Virus record (IMG/VR): IMGVR_UViG_3300048861_000028
Span: 1-39,272 of that record
Direction: 5' to 3' (one strand)
Length of the DNA: 39,272 nucleotides
DNA from: a virus
Lineage: Duplodnaviria > Caudoviricetes
In this document: positions 1 through 7,881 of the stretch, in pieces
How positions within the stretch are numbered: the first letter of the stretch is position 1
Layout of the letters: each line of letters begins with the position of its first letter
Notes under the pieces: model-generated
Seen by the model: the letters and a program-made list of their open reading frames with translations, nothing else
Told to the model about the DNA's origin: nothing
Database searches by the model: none
Program-made: the position numbers and the translations under genes

Positions 1-594
1 GATCTGCGAGCGCGACATCACGGCGAATTGCGTGCCCCCGTCCTTCAGCTTCGCCACCGCATAGACGAACGTGAGGTGTTCCGGATTCTCTCGTTCCGGG
101 TTATCGAAGTCCGGCACGTGGCGCAGCGTCGGCTCAAGCCCCATTTCACATTCGAATGAATCACCCTTGTAGACGGCGGTCGCACTGAGACTCTGGATTT
201 GGCCGGACCGGCGTGCGAGGTCGATCATTCCGCGGTAGCCAATGATGAGTTGGGCCTCGGCCACCTTGACCCACTCGTTGCCGCGCTTCATGTTGCGGTC
301 GTACGGCAAGATGTATGCATGCCCGAGCGCATTGCCTGGTTCGAGCCCGAGCTGCGCGCATTGAATGACTGCGCCAAAGAACGACACCGGCGTGCATTCG
401 GCCAGCTTCGGCACCTTGCGGATTTCGGTCGTGACGATGCGCGCGAGGCGCTCAGGCGTCATGTGGCGCGGCAGTGCAGCTTTGATCTGTGCCTGCATGC
501 TGGGACTGGAGAGCAGCGCGGCGACCTTGTCGACGGGCGTTTTCTTCTCAGCCACCTGGCCAGTGACGCGTTCCTTCAGAGCGGTAGTGCTCAT
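1..594 (-). CDS. recT: RecT single-strand annealing recombinase, N-terminal part (runs off window start)
   Basis: Not in ORF track. Manual translation from ATG at 594 (ATGA overlap with the YqaJ stop): MSTTALKERV...IKAALPRHMTPERLARIVTTEIRKVPKL...AQLGLEPGNALGHAYILPY...VYAVAKLKDGGTQFAVMSRSQI, classic RecT motifs. Confidence 0.93.
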   Translation of the reverse strand, partial: MSTTALKERVTGQVAEKKTPVDKVAALLSSPSMQAQIKAALPRHMTPERLARIVTTEIRKVPKLAECTPVSFFGAVIQCAQLGLEPGNALGHAYILPYDRNMKRGNEWVKVAEAQLIIGYRGMIDLARRSGQIQSLSATAVYKGDSFECEMGLEPTLRHVPDFDNPERENPEHLTFVYAVAKLKDGGTQFAVMSRSQI

Positions 595-1493
595 TCACTT
601 TTCTCCTTGAGTTTGCCGAGCCGGAAGTCGATGTAACGGGAGGCCGCGTGCTCGACGACGTAGGCCTTTTTCTTGATTTCCTTGCGGATGAATGCGCGCC
701 CGTCGTCAAACTCGATCGCGGTCGCGGTGCCCATTTCTGCCAGCAGGTGAGCGCGCGCACCATCGACGATGGCTTCGTACTTTTTATGCATGTCGGAGGC
801 GGTTTCATACACAGCGCGCCAGTGTTCATGCATTGCGGTGGCAGAGATAACCGTGCCGTCCGTTCCCGGATACAGGCGCTTGAGCGTGTCGAGGACGTTC
901 TTCGCCTCGTAGTCGATCGGCGGCTGCACCTGTGGCACGACGTAGCGATTCCAGAACTCAGCGCACTGGTCGCGCATCGCGCGGATCAATTCGTCATCGC
1001 GCTCGACGGTGTAGGGCTTCAGGTCGTCACCGATCAATGCGAACACCTTGCACACGTCGCGGCCGGTCACGCCGAGGCCGTGCTGCACCTGTGCGATGTA
1101 GTGAAGCGGTAAAGAGTCGGTGCCGATATCGCCCCATTCCTTCGCCTTGAACGGGTGCACGGTCTTGATCTCGATGTTCTGCTCGTGGTCGCCATCGCGG
1201 TATTCGGCGTCGATTTCCGCTGCCAGAAACGGAAGCTCCTTGTCGACGTAACGCTCGTTGGCGCGCACGATGGTCAGGCCGTGTTCCTCGCGGATCATGT
1301 CGAGGATGTATGGCTCCAGACGCGAGCCGCGGCGCTTTGCTGCGGCGTTCTGGCCGTCCTCAACGCGCGGCTTGATCTTGTCTGCCCACAGGTCGACACG
1401 ATTGCGCCACGGGCTCACGCCGAGGATGGCGGACACGTCTGAACCACCGATGAATTTGGTACGGTCTGCGACCACCGGAACTGCAGCGTTCAT
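591..1493 (-). CDS. YqaJ-like viral recombinase exonuclease (lambda Exo/RecE partner)
   Basis: IGGSDVSAILGVSPW, G..LEP, EIKT, YIAQVQH motifs; coupled to recT. Confidence 0.92.
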   Translation of the reverse strand: MNAAVPVVADRTKFIGGSDVSAILGVSPWRNRVDLWADKIKPRVEDGQNAAAKRRGSRLEPYILDMIREEHGLTIVRANERYVDKELPFLAAEIDAEYRDGDHEQNIEIKTVHPFKAKEWGDIGTDSLPLHYIAQVQHGLGVTGRDVCKVFALIGDDLKPYTVERDDELIRAMRDQCAEFWNRYVVPQVQPPIDYEAKNVLDTLKRLYPGTDGTVISATAMHEHWRAVYETASDMHKKYEAIVDGARAHLLAEMGTATAIEFDDGRAFIRKEIKKKAYVVEHAASRYIDFRLGKLKEKSE

Positions 1494-1825
1494 ACGGCAC
1501 CTTTCGATTGATGAGGTTGAGTAGCGCGGCCAAGGTCGGCCGGATCAGCAGGAAGCACCGCCAGCGCGACGACCAGCAGCAGGAGATAGCCGAGCACCAT
1601 CGCGAGGATCGGCCGGGCGTTGAGATACGTGGAGGCGCGGCGGATCATTGCGTGCTTGCCTTCTTCGTCAGCATCGGCATAGTGACCGTTGTAGTTCGGC
1701 GAGAGCAGATAGCGGTCGCCGAGTTGTTCCTTCGCACGCGCGAGACGGTCTTCGTGCGAGTCGACGTACTCCGCCCACTCACGCAGTTTCTCTTTGCGTT
1801 GCTGCTCAAAATGATCGTTCAGCAT
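1490..1825 (-). CDS. hypothetical protein with C-terminal TM segment
   Basis: Start at ATG 1825 behind a GAGG RBS; overlaps YqaJ start; hydrophobic ILAMVLGYLLLLVVALAVL. Confidence 0.65.
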   Translation of the reverse strand: MLNDHFEQQRKEKLREWAEYVDSHEDRLARAKEQLGDRYLLSPNYNGHYADADEEGKHAMIRRASTYLNARPILAMVLGYLLLLVVALAVLPADPADLGRATQPHQSKGAV

Positions 1826-1941
1826 GCGAACCTCAGATAGAAAGTGAAGACGACCATCGCGCACACAGCCGCGGCGCACACACCAGCGGAGAAGGCGAGG
1901 GAAAGGTCTGCGAGTCGCAGATCACGTTCGGTTGGTTTCAT
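1819..1941 (-). CDS. small membrane peptide (40 aa)
   Basis: MKPTERDLRLADLSLAFSAGVCAAAVCAMVVFTFYLRFAC; ATGA-coupled to upstream ORF. Confidence 0.55.
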   Translation of the reverse strand: MKPTERDLRLADLSLAFSAGVCAAAVCAMVVFTFYLRFAC

Positions 1942-2021
1942 CGCGTGCCACCCCGAACAAACAGGCAGCAGCAGCCGGCGAAGAACGACCAGACGAGGAA
2001 GCCGATGACGAGGCCGCTCAT
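1938..2021 (-). CDS. small membrane peptide (27 aa)
   Basis: Manual: MSGLVIGFLVWSFFAGCCCLFVRGGTR*; ATGA overlaps on both sides. Confidence 0.55.
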   Translation of the reverse strand: MSGLVIGFLVWSFFAGCCCLFVRGGTR

Positions 2022-2395
2022 TGCACACCCCACTTCGCGAGCTCAGCGTCGATCCGATCCATCCAGTCGTTAGCCATGACTTCGGAGTCAGACCGGATGT
2101 ACGAGTGGACGAGCGTCTGAACGCACAAGCCCACGCTTTTCAGATCGCCTTTCAGCAACCGGTCTGCGATCAGTGCGCCGGCCGCGCCTTCGAGCGCGCT
2201 ATGCATACCGGCAATGACGTCGATCGGTGCCATCTCCGCCACGCGGCGCAATTCGATTTCCTGAGCGCGCGCTGCAATCTGTTCCTCGCGGGATTCCTCG
2301 GCGTCGATCGCAGCATCAAGTTTCTGTTTGGCGCGATCCGTTTCGAACTCGGCCATCGCGGTCGCCTGTTTGGCGCAGTAGGTGAGAGCGGTCAT
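2018..2395 (-). CDS. hypothetical early protein
   Basis: 125-aa ORF with typical composition in the early-left operon. Confidence 0.7.
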   Translation of the reverse strand: MTALTYCAKQATAMAEFETDRAKQKLDAAIDAEESREEQIAARAQEIELRRVAEMAPIDVIAGMHSALEGAAGALIADRLLKGDLKSVGLCVQTLVHSYIRSDSEVMANDWMDRIDAELAKWGVQ

Positions 2396-2398
2396 GGT

Positions 2399-2545
2399 TC
2401 AACCCCAGCAGACGTTGCGGTAATCGACGGTGCGACGGATCGCCCAATGGCGATGCATCTGCGGCCGGTCGTAGTCGAAGCACACCACTTCGATGTACCC
2501 GCTCGCGAGCAGGACTATTTCGGTGTGAAGGCGGGAGAAGTTCAC
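2399..2545 (-). CDS. hypothetical protein (48 aa), first gene after PL
   Basis: Manual: GAGGTG RBS, GTG start, MNFSRLHTEIVLLASGYIEVVCFDYDRPQMHRHWAIRRTVDYRNVCWG*. Confidence 0.55.
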   Translation of the reverse strand: MNFSRLHTEIVLLASGYIEVVCFDYDRPQMHRHWAIRRTVDYRNVCWG

Positions 2546-2592
2546 GGTTGGTCACCTCGTTCGGTTTGTTCGTGCTGCTGTTTGTTGAGTGA

Positions 2593-2621
2593 ATTAAACA
2601 ACACGACCGAACCGGTGTCAA
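2593..2621 (-). promoter_or_regulatory. PL-like sigma70 promoter
   Basis: Minus strand TTGACA-N17-TTTAAT. Confidence 0.75.
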
Positions 2622-2633
2622 GTGCGCTATACA
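2616..2633. promoter_or_regulatory. OL operator (18-bp imperfect palindrome)
   Basis: TGTCAAGTGCGCTATACA, 17/18 identical to 3749-3766; overlaps the PL -35. Confidence 0.75.
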
Positions 2634-2673
2634 TTTTTCTATGCGCTACGCACGAGTACGAAAACTACAGGCG

Positions 2674-2700
2674 AAAAAAAGCCCGCTCGAGGCGGGCATT
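2674..2700 (-). terminator. intrinsic terminator of the cI-lipoprotein transcript
   Basis: Minus strand GCCCGC-CTCGA-GCGGGC followed by T7. Confidence 0.8.
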
Positions 2701-2717
2701 TCGTGGGTGATTGTTCG

Positions 2718-3035
2718 TCAGGCAGGTGTCATTCGAACGCCCGGCGATGGCTTTGTGCGCTGTAAGCATTCGAACTGCAACTCGGCCCTAGGGAAATTCC
2801 CTAGCAGGTAGGGCGGCTTTGATTCTTCTGCCCGCACCACATTGACCGTGCGCCCGTCTTTCGAGCAGAACGCGCCGGCCTGCTGCATCAGCTCAGCCTT
2901 GAGCGATGCCGCGCCGGAAAAGCCAGTGGCCGCCTGTTTCGACACGTAGTAGGTATCCGGACCCATCTGGACGATCCCGGAATTGCGCGCGCACGCGGTA
3001 AGCGCCACGCAGGCGAGCAGCAGGGCGCGCCTCAT
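2718..3035 (-). CDS. lipoprotein co-transcribed with cI (candidate superinfection exclusion)
   Basis: Signal peptide with lipobox LTA-C; ATGA overlap with the cI stop. Confidence 0.75.
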   Translation of the reverse strand: MRRALLLACVALTACARNSGIVQMGPDTYYVSKQAATGFSGAASLKAELMQQAGAFCSKDGRTVNVVRAEESKPPYLLGNFPRAELQFECLQRTKPSPGVRMTPA

Positions 3036-3700
3036 ATCCTCTCGCTTTGCTTGTGCACGACCCGTCCGATGATGAACGTGTCGCCGTTGAGCGGCCGGTC
3101 GCGGTAGATCCGCTTATCCTGATTGTCGGACGCGGCGATCCATATGCCATCGTTCCGGAACAGGCGCTTCACAACGGCCTCGCCGTCATAGTTGAGGGCA
3201 TAGGCCACGCCGTCACGCGGCGCGACGTCGTCCGTATTAAGGACCACCCAGTCTCCGTCGAACAGGCCCGGCTCCATGCTGGCGCCGGTCACCTTGATGG
3301 CTATAAGACTCTCAGGCTTATAACCGTTGTTCTCATACCAGGACCGGTGGAACACGATGGGGGCGTGGTCTTCGTTGAGCGGCTCGATGCCGAATCCCGT
3401 CACGCCAGCTGAAATTTTGATTTTCACGCGCTTTATTGCCGGGTAGTCCGGATTGTCCTCTAGGGAAATTTCCTTGGCAGGTATTGGCTTCATCCTGCCA
3501 CGGCCCGTGGACAGCCAATTCGCCGAAACACCCAGTGCTTGTGCCGCTTTTAGGAGGTTATCGCCAACCAGATTCGTGGTAGCGCCTGTAAGCCAAAACG
3601 AAACCGCACCTCGCGTCACGCCAATGCGCCGCGACAGTTCCGACTGATTCATCCCTGATTCCGTCAGGGCCGCGCGTAGGCGGTCTGCCAATGTTTTCAT
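3032..3700 (-). CDS. cI: CI-like repressor (HTH_XRE + S24 autopeptidase)
   Basis: N-terminal HTH (NQSELSRRIGVTRGAVSFW), A-G cleavage site (SAG), catalytic Ser (GASMEP) and Lys (VVKRL); start taken at ATG 3700. Confidence 0.93.
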   Translation of the reverse strand: MKTLADRLRAALTESGMNQSELSRRIGVTRGAVSFWLTGATTNLVGDNLLKAAQALGVSANWLSTGRGRMKPIPAKEISLEDNPDYPAIKRVKIKISAGVTGFGIEPLNEDHAPIVFHRSWYENNGYKPESLIAIKVTGASMEPGLFDGDWVVLNTDDVAPRDGVAYALNYDGEAVVKRLFRNDGIWIAASDNQDKRIYRDRPLNGDTFIIGRVVHKQSERI

Positions 3701-3766
3701 GGTTAGCAGACTAACCCCTTGTGCGTTTAGAGAGCTTGACATATCATTTGTCTAGTGCGCTATACA
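3700..3766. promoter_or_regulatory. OR region: three 18-bp operators with divergent PRM/PR
   Basis: 3700-3717 TGGTTAGCAGACTAACCC, 3724-3741 CGTTTAGAGAGCTTGACA, 3749-3766 TGTCTAGTGCGCTATACA; TTGACA at 3736-3741 (+); TAGTCT at 3708-3713 (-). Confidence 0.7.
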
Positions 3767-3778
3767 GAGAGACGAAAA

Positions 3779-3991
3779 ATGCTCATGACGAAACAGCAGG
3801 CTATCGACCTATTCGACGGAAACGGCGCCGAACTGGGCCGCGCGCTCGGTTTGAGCCGCGGCCGTATTTCTCAATGGCCCGATGTACTGGAGCAACGCGA
3901 GACCGACTTGGTAGTCGGCGCCGCGATTCGACTCGGTAAAGCGTTGCCAGCTGGTTTTTTTATGCAGGCAGAACAACCAGCCGCCGCCTGA
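3779..3991 (+). CDS. cro: Cro-like repressor
   Basis: MTKQQAIDLFDGNGAELGRALGLSRGRISQW, P22/N15 Cro-type HTH, divergent from cI; start 3779 or 3785. Confidence 0.88.
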   Translation: MLMTKQQAIDLFDGNGAELGRALGLSRGRISQWPDVLEQRETDLVVGAAIRLGKALPAGFFMQAEQPAAA

Positions 3992-4066
3992 TTCCCCGCA
4001 GACCGCGACTGTGAGACGCATTACAACCTCTAGTTGCGCACTGCACAACATTCACATGGAGCATCC

Positions 4067-4510
4067 GTGAATATCACTGACGCAGCCTACGCAGTTGCGC
4101 ATGAATACCCGGGCGGTACCGAGTCACTCGGCCCGCGCGTTGGTCTGTCTGCCGCGCTCCTGCGCAACAAGGTCAATCCGAACCAGAGCATCAACCATCT
4201 GACGCTCGCTGAAGCGGTTCGCATCTCTGTCATCACCGGTGATCAACGCATCGTTCAGGCGTTCGCGCGCGAGCTGGGCCTCGTCTGTCTCGAAGTGCCT
4301 GAGGCGGAAAACTGCGCCGACGCGGACGTGATCGAGCTGATGGCGAAGACATGGGACACGCATGGCGCGATCGGCCGCGAAGTCAATGAGACGTTTGCCG
4401 ATGGCCGCGTCGAGCAGCACGAGGTGAAACGCGTGCGCGATCGCGCGTGGGATCACATCCGCACGCTGTTCGGATTGATCGGCCGCATCGAAGGCATGGC
4501 GGAGAAGTAA
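4067..4510 (+). CDS. CII-like phage regulatory protein (CP76/YmfL type)
   Basis: GGAG RBS + GTG; YPGG..LG...LRNKVNP...HLTLAEA motif; position after cro. Confidence 0.8.
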   Translation: MNITDAAYAVAHEYPGGTESLGPRVGLSAALLRNKVNPNQSINHLTLAEAVRISVITGDQRIVQAFARELGLVCLEVPEAENCADADVIELMAKTWDTHGAIGREVNETFADGRVEQHEVKRVRDRAWDHIRTLFGLIGRIEGMAEK

Positions 4511-4512
4511 CC

Positions 4513-5346
4513 ATGGCCCGCATCCGCACAATCAAACCCGATTTCTGGACCGACGAGAAGATCGTCGAGCTTTCGTTCGAAGCTCGCCTGTTCTTCATCG
4601 GCTCATGGAACTTCGCGGACGACAACGGAAACCTGCAGCGATCGGCCCGAAAACTGAAGATGCAGATCTTCCCGGCGGATGCAATTGACTGTGAACCGCT
4701 GATTCAGTCACTGATGACTCACGGATTGTTCCGTGAGTACGAAGTGAATGGAGAGAAGTTCATACACATCAAGGGTTTCAAGGCGCATCAGGTGATTAAT
4801 CGCCCGTCAAAAACTGGGCTTCCTGTACCTGATTCCGGTAGTAGTCCTACACCCCTCACTGAGTCCTCATTGACGGAAGGGAAGGGAGAGGAAGGGAGTA
4901 GGAAGGGAAAGGAAGGGAATGGAAAGGAAAGGAATGGAGTAAAGACGGACGTAGGTGGTACACCCCCCGCGACTGTCCGTCCGTCCGAACTATCCGCTGC
5001 GATGCGTAAGCATTCCGTCGATGCACAACCCGGTGACCCGCGCGTCATTGCCGCCGCTGAAGCCGGAATCACCGTCGAAACCGTCGAAGCCGCATGCGCT
5101 GAAGCGAAGTCGTCTGATCCGACTGGCCGCATCAAAGCCGGGTTCGTGCTGGCCATCGCTGAACGCTGGACGCGCGATGCCGCTGCCCCGCGTCCTGCTG
5201 GTGTCGCTGCACGCCCCGGATTCACCAACGCCCGCGACGAGTCCCGCCAGCGCGCGTATCAGGTCCTCACCGGCAAAACCGCCGCTCCGCAACCCGAAGT
5301 CCAACCCGCAGAGGTGATCAATGGGCACGTCAAACTCCTCGGCTGA
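4513..5346 (+). CDS. replication initiator (replisome organiser)
   Basis: MARIRTIKPDFWTDEK...ARLFFIGSWNFADDNG N-terminus typical of phage initiators; internal repeat tract. Confidence 0.82.
   Translation: MARIRTIKPDFWTDEKIVELSFEARLFFIGSWNFADDNGNLQRSARKLKMQIFPADAIDCEPLIQSLMTHGLFREYEVNGEKFIHIKGFKAHQVINRPSKTGLPVPDSGSSPTPLTESSLTEGKGEEGSRKGKEGNGKERNGVKTDVGGTPPATVRPSELSAAMRKHSVDAQPGDPRVIAAAEAGITVETVEAACAEAKSSDPTGRIKAGFVLAIAERWTRDAAAPRPAGVAARPGFTNARDESRQRAYQVLTGKTAAPQPEVQPAEVINGHVKLLG
4875..4940 (+). repeat. purine-rich 5-nt periodic tract (candidate ori element)
   Basis: About 13 units of GGAAG/GGAAA/GGAGT/GGAAT inside the initiator gene. Confidence 0.7.
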
Positions 5347-5944
5347 CCTGTGGCCGCAAGACGCCGCGCCCCGTCATTGGGTCAACGCGCTGTTCGAAAA
5401 AATGACGCGCATGTGGGGCAACTCGTTCCTCGACAAGTGGCGCGACGTGGACCTCGAAGGCGTCATGCAGGAGTGGGGTAAAGGGCTGCGCAAGCTGTCG
5501 AGCGCGGAGCTGAAGGCTGGCGTCGACTCGCTCATCACGCTCAAGTACTCGCCGTCACTGCCCGAGTTCTACGGCCTGTGCAAGCAGATGCGACTGCACG
5601 AAATGCCGCGTGCCGAGGCGCTGACGGACCAGACGCGGGCTGATCCGAACGTAGTGGCCGAGAACATGGCGAAGATGCGCGCGATCATGGCGCCGCTCAT
5701 GCAGCCGCGCGAGATCACCGCGGAATGGGCGTTCAAGCTGCTCATGCGCGGCGAGACGGCGAGCGGCAAAGGGCTGAGCCATGAAGCGATCCGGTGTGCG
5801 TCGGATGCGATCACTTCGACGGCGGGCCGCAAGGCCGTTGAGAACTGCGCCGACCCGGAACTGCGGTCCGAATATCAAACCATCCGTGACGAAATCGTGC
5901 GGGCTTATCGCGCTGCGAACAAGCCGCTTTGGGAGACGCCATGA
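5321..5944 (+). CDS. replication protein, lambda P-like/helicase-loader candidate
   Basis: Follows the initiator; LFEKM...WG..F...W and PSLPEF..LC pattern. Confidence 0.6.
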   Translation: MGTSNSSADLWPQDAAPRHWVNALFEKMTRMWGNSFLDKWRDVDLEGVMQEWGKGLRKLSSAELKAGVDSLITLKYSPSLPEFYGLCKQMRLHEMPRAEALTDQTRADPNVVAENMAKMRAIMAPLMQPREITAEWAFKLLMRGETASGKGLSHEAIRCASDAITSTAGRKAVENCADPELRSEYQTIRDEIVRAYRAANKPLWETP

Positions 5945-6162
5945 CCACCACCACACCCGCGCGCGTAGAAACGCCAGAGGAAAAAGCACGACGCCTTGGT
6001 GTTCCGCTAATTCCGAAGATTATTCCGATAGGAATTTCCCCTTTCGACAACAACCGCGTCGTATCGGTCTGCGGTGAATGCGGATTGGAGTTGCGGACGG
6101 TCATGGGCTACTGCTGCTCGCGTAGCAATTGCCCGACCGGTCTAGGAGGTGTCACATGCTGA
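5941..6162 (+). CDS. small Cys-rich (Zn-finger-like) protein
   Basis: CGEC...YCCSRSNCP; GGGAG RBS; overlaps flanking genes. Confidence 0.55.
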   Translation: MTTTTPARVETPEEKARRLGVPLIPKIIPIGISPFDNNRVVSVCGECGLELRTVMGYCCSRSNCPTGLGGVTC

Positions 6163-6674
6163 TCATAGGAATCGACCCTGGCTTGACCGGCGCCTTCGCG
6201 GTGCTCGATCACCACGGCAACGCTGTCGCTGTGCACGACTTGCCGGTTATGCCCATCCCCGAAGCGGGCCCGAAGGCGACGATCAAAACCGAGATCGACG
6301 TGCGCGCGCTCTACACGCTGCTGCGCTCGATCATCCCGGCCGACGAGACGGCGCTGTGCGTCATGGAGCATGCGAGCAGCGTCGGCTCTCTCGTTGGCGA
6401 GCAGGCAAAACTCTCGCTGGCCGCGACCAAGGCATCGGTGATGGCGGTGCTTCGTCTTCAAGGCCTCGATGTGCGCCGCGTCGCGCCCGTCACCTGGAAG
6501 CGGGCCTACGGCATCAAGGAACCTGAGAAAGGCCTTGGCTTGCCTGACGGAAAAAAACAGGCGCTGGCCCACGCGCGGCACTTCTACGGCCGCGATGTGA
6601 TCCCGCTTGAAAAGCACCACAACCGCGCCGAGGCATTGCTGATCGCGCGTTTTGGCAAGTCGAGGTTCGCGTAA
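6156..6674 (+). CDS. RuvC-like Holliday junction resolvase
   Basis: IIGIDPG, VME, P.TWK, RAEALLIA motifs; AGGAGGT RBS. Confidence 0.85.
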   Translation: MLIIGIDPGLTGAFAVLDHHGNAVAVHDLPVMPIPEAGPKATIKTEIDVRALYTLLRSIIPADETALCVMEHASSVGSLVGEQAKLSLAATKASVMAVLRLQGLDVRRVAPVTWKRAYGIKEPEKGLGLPDGKKQALAHARHFYGRDVIPLEKHHNRAEALLIARFGKSRFA

Positions 6675-6919
6675 TGGCCTCCGTCATCCAACTCGCCGGC
6701 ATGCTGCCCCGCGATCCTCAATTCCGCGCCTTCGTCTCGCAGTACATGGTGCCGCCGCGCGAGCCGACCGTCGACGAGGCCGCGGCGTTCATCCGTGCCG
6801 CGTGTGGCATCGAGAGCCGCAGAGAGCTGCAGCGCGATCCCGGCGCCGAGATCCTTTTTCACCGCTTCATTCGCAAACCGTACGCCGCCTGGCGCGAACA
6901 ACAAACGGAGACCGTATGA
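6674..6919 (+). CDS. hypothetical phage protein
   Basis: 81 aa, TAATG coupling; AAAFIRAACGIESRREL motif. Confidence 0.7.
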   Translation: MASVIQLAGMLPRDPQFRAFVSQYMVPPREPTVDEAAAFIRAACGIESRRELQRDPGAEILFHRFIRKPYAAWREQQTETV

Positions 6920-6990
6920 CCATCCCACCCGAATTCATCGTGCTCGCTCTGGCTGCGTTCCTCGCAGGCATCGGGCGTTTTGTGAAGTAA
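6916..6990 (+). CDS. small membrane peptide (24 aa)
   Basis: GGAG RBS, MTIPPEFIVLALAAFLAGIGRFVK*; ATGA overlap. Confidence 0.5.
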   Translation: MTIPPEFIVLALAAFLAGIGRFVK

Positions 6991-7094
6991 GTCAAGGCCG
7001 AAATAGGCCGCTTTTTAGCGCAATAAAGACCGGAGGAAATAGGCCCTGAAAACGGGTGTATTTCCCCGCATTTTCACTACGAAGGAGAAACACC

Positions 7095-7568
7095 ATGGAC
7101 GAGAACCAAACGAACGACGAGCAGCAACAGCAGGCACAGGAGGCTGGCGAAGCCACATCGGGGGAAGGCGCTGCGTTACCTGCGGACTCCTCGTCAGGAA
7201 GCGCCACGGAATCGTCTGCAGCGCCTGCATTGTCCGGGGACGCCACCGCGGCAGGCCAGTTGACCGGTACCGGAAGTGACGCGGGAAACGAACCCGCCAG
7301 TGCGATTGCTGCGGAATCTGCACTGGCGCCTGCTACTGGTGACGCGGGAAACGTTTTGACGCCTGGCGCCTCCGCTGGCTCTGGTGCTGACGGCCAGACC
7401 CGCGAGATCGTCGACACCAGCGATCCGAGCTTCGTGCAGGTCGAGCAGGCGCGCTTGATGGCACACCTCGCTGTCGCTCGCTCGCATCTGGCGTCGCTTG
7501 AGTCGGATGTGGTGCGGAACGTCATGGCCGCGCTCGATGCGATTGAACGACTTGTGCACGAGGATTGA
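7095..7568 (+). CDS. acidic low-complexity protein with C-terminal helix
   Basis: AAGGAG RBS; Ala/Ser/Gly/Glu-rich; first gene of the late region. Confidence 0.7.
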   Translation: MDENQTNDEQQQQAQEAGEATSGEGAALPADSSSGSATESSAAPALSGDATAAGQLTGTGSDAGNEPASAIAAESALAPATGDAGNVLTPGASAGSGADGQTREIVDTSDPSFVQVEQARLMAHLAVARSHLASLESDVVRNVMAALDAIERLVHED

Positions 7569-7602
7569 AGAATCCTATTTTAGAAATTCTTAGATAGGTG
7601 GA

Positions 7603-7881
7603 ATGATGCCTCGTCCCAAAGGACTGCCGAAAACCGGCGGTCGTCAGAAAGGGTCGGTGAACAAGGCAACGGCCGACGTCAAAGCGCTTGCTCAGGAGCA
7701 CGGCGCGGAGGCGATCGGCCGCCTTGTTCGCATCATCAAGACTTCGAAGAACGAGGTTGCGGTGATCGCGGCGACGCGCGAAATCCTCGACCGTGGGTAT
7801 GGAAAAGCGAAGCAGGGCGTCGAGCTATCCGGTGCAGATGGCGGCGTCTTTCAGGTGTCGATCAGCACGGAGACCAAATGA
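7603..7881 (+). CDS. terS: terminase small subunit
   Basis: PKGLPKTGGRQKGSVNK and ILDRGYGKAKQ motifs; coupled to TerL. Confidence 0.78.
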   Translation: MMPRPKGLPKTGGRQKGSVNKATADVKALAQEHGAEAIGRLVRIIKTSKNEVAVIAATREILDRGYGKAKQGVELSGADGGVFQVSISTETK

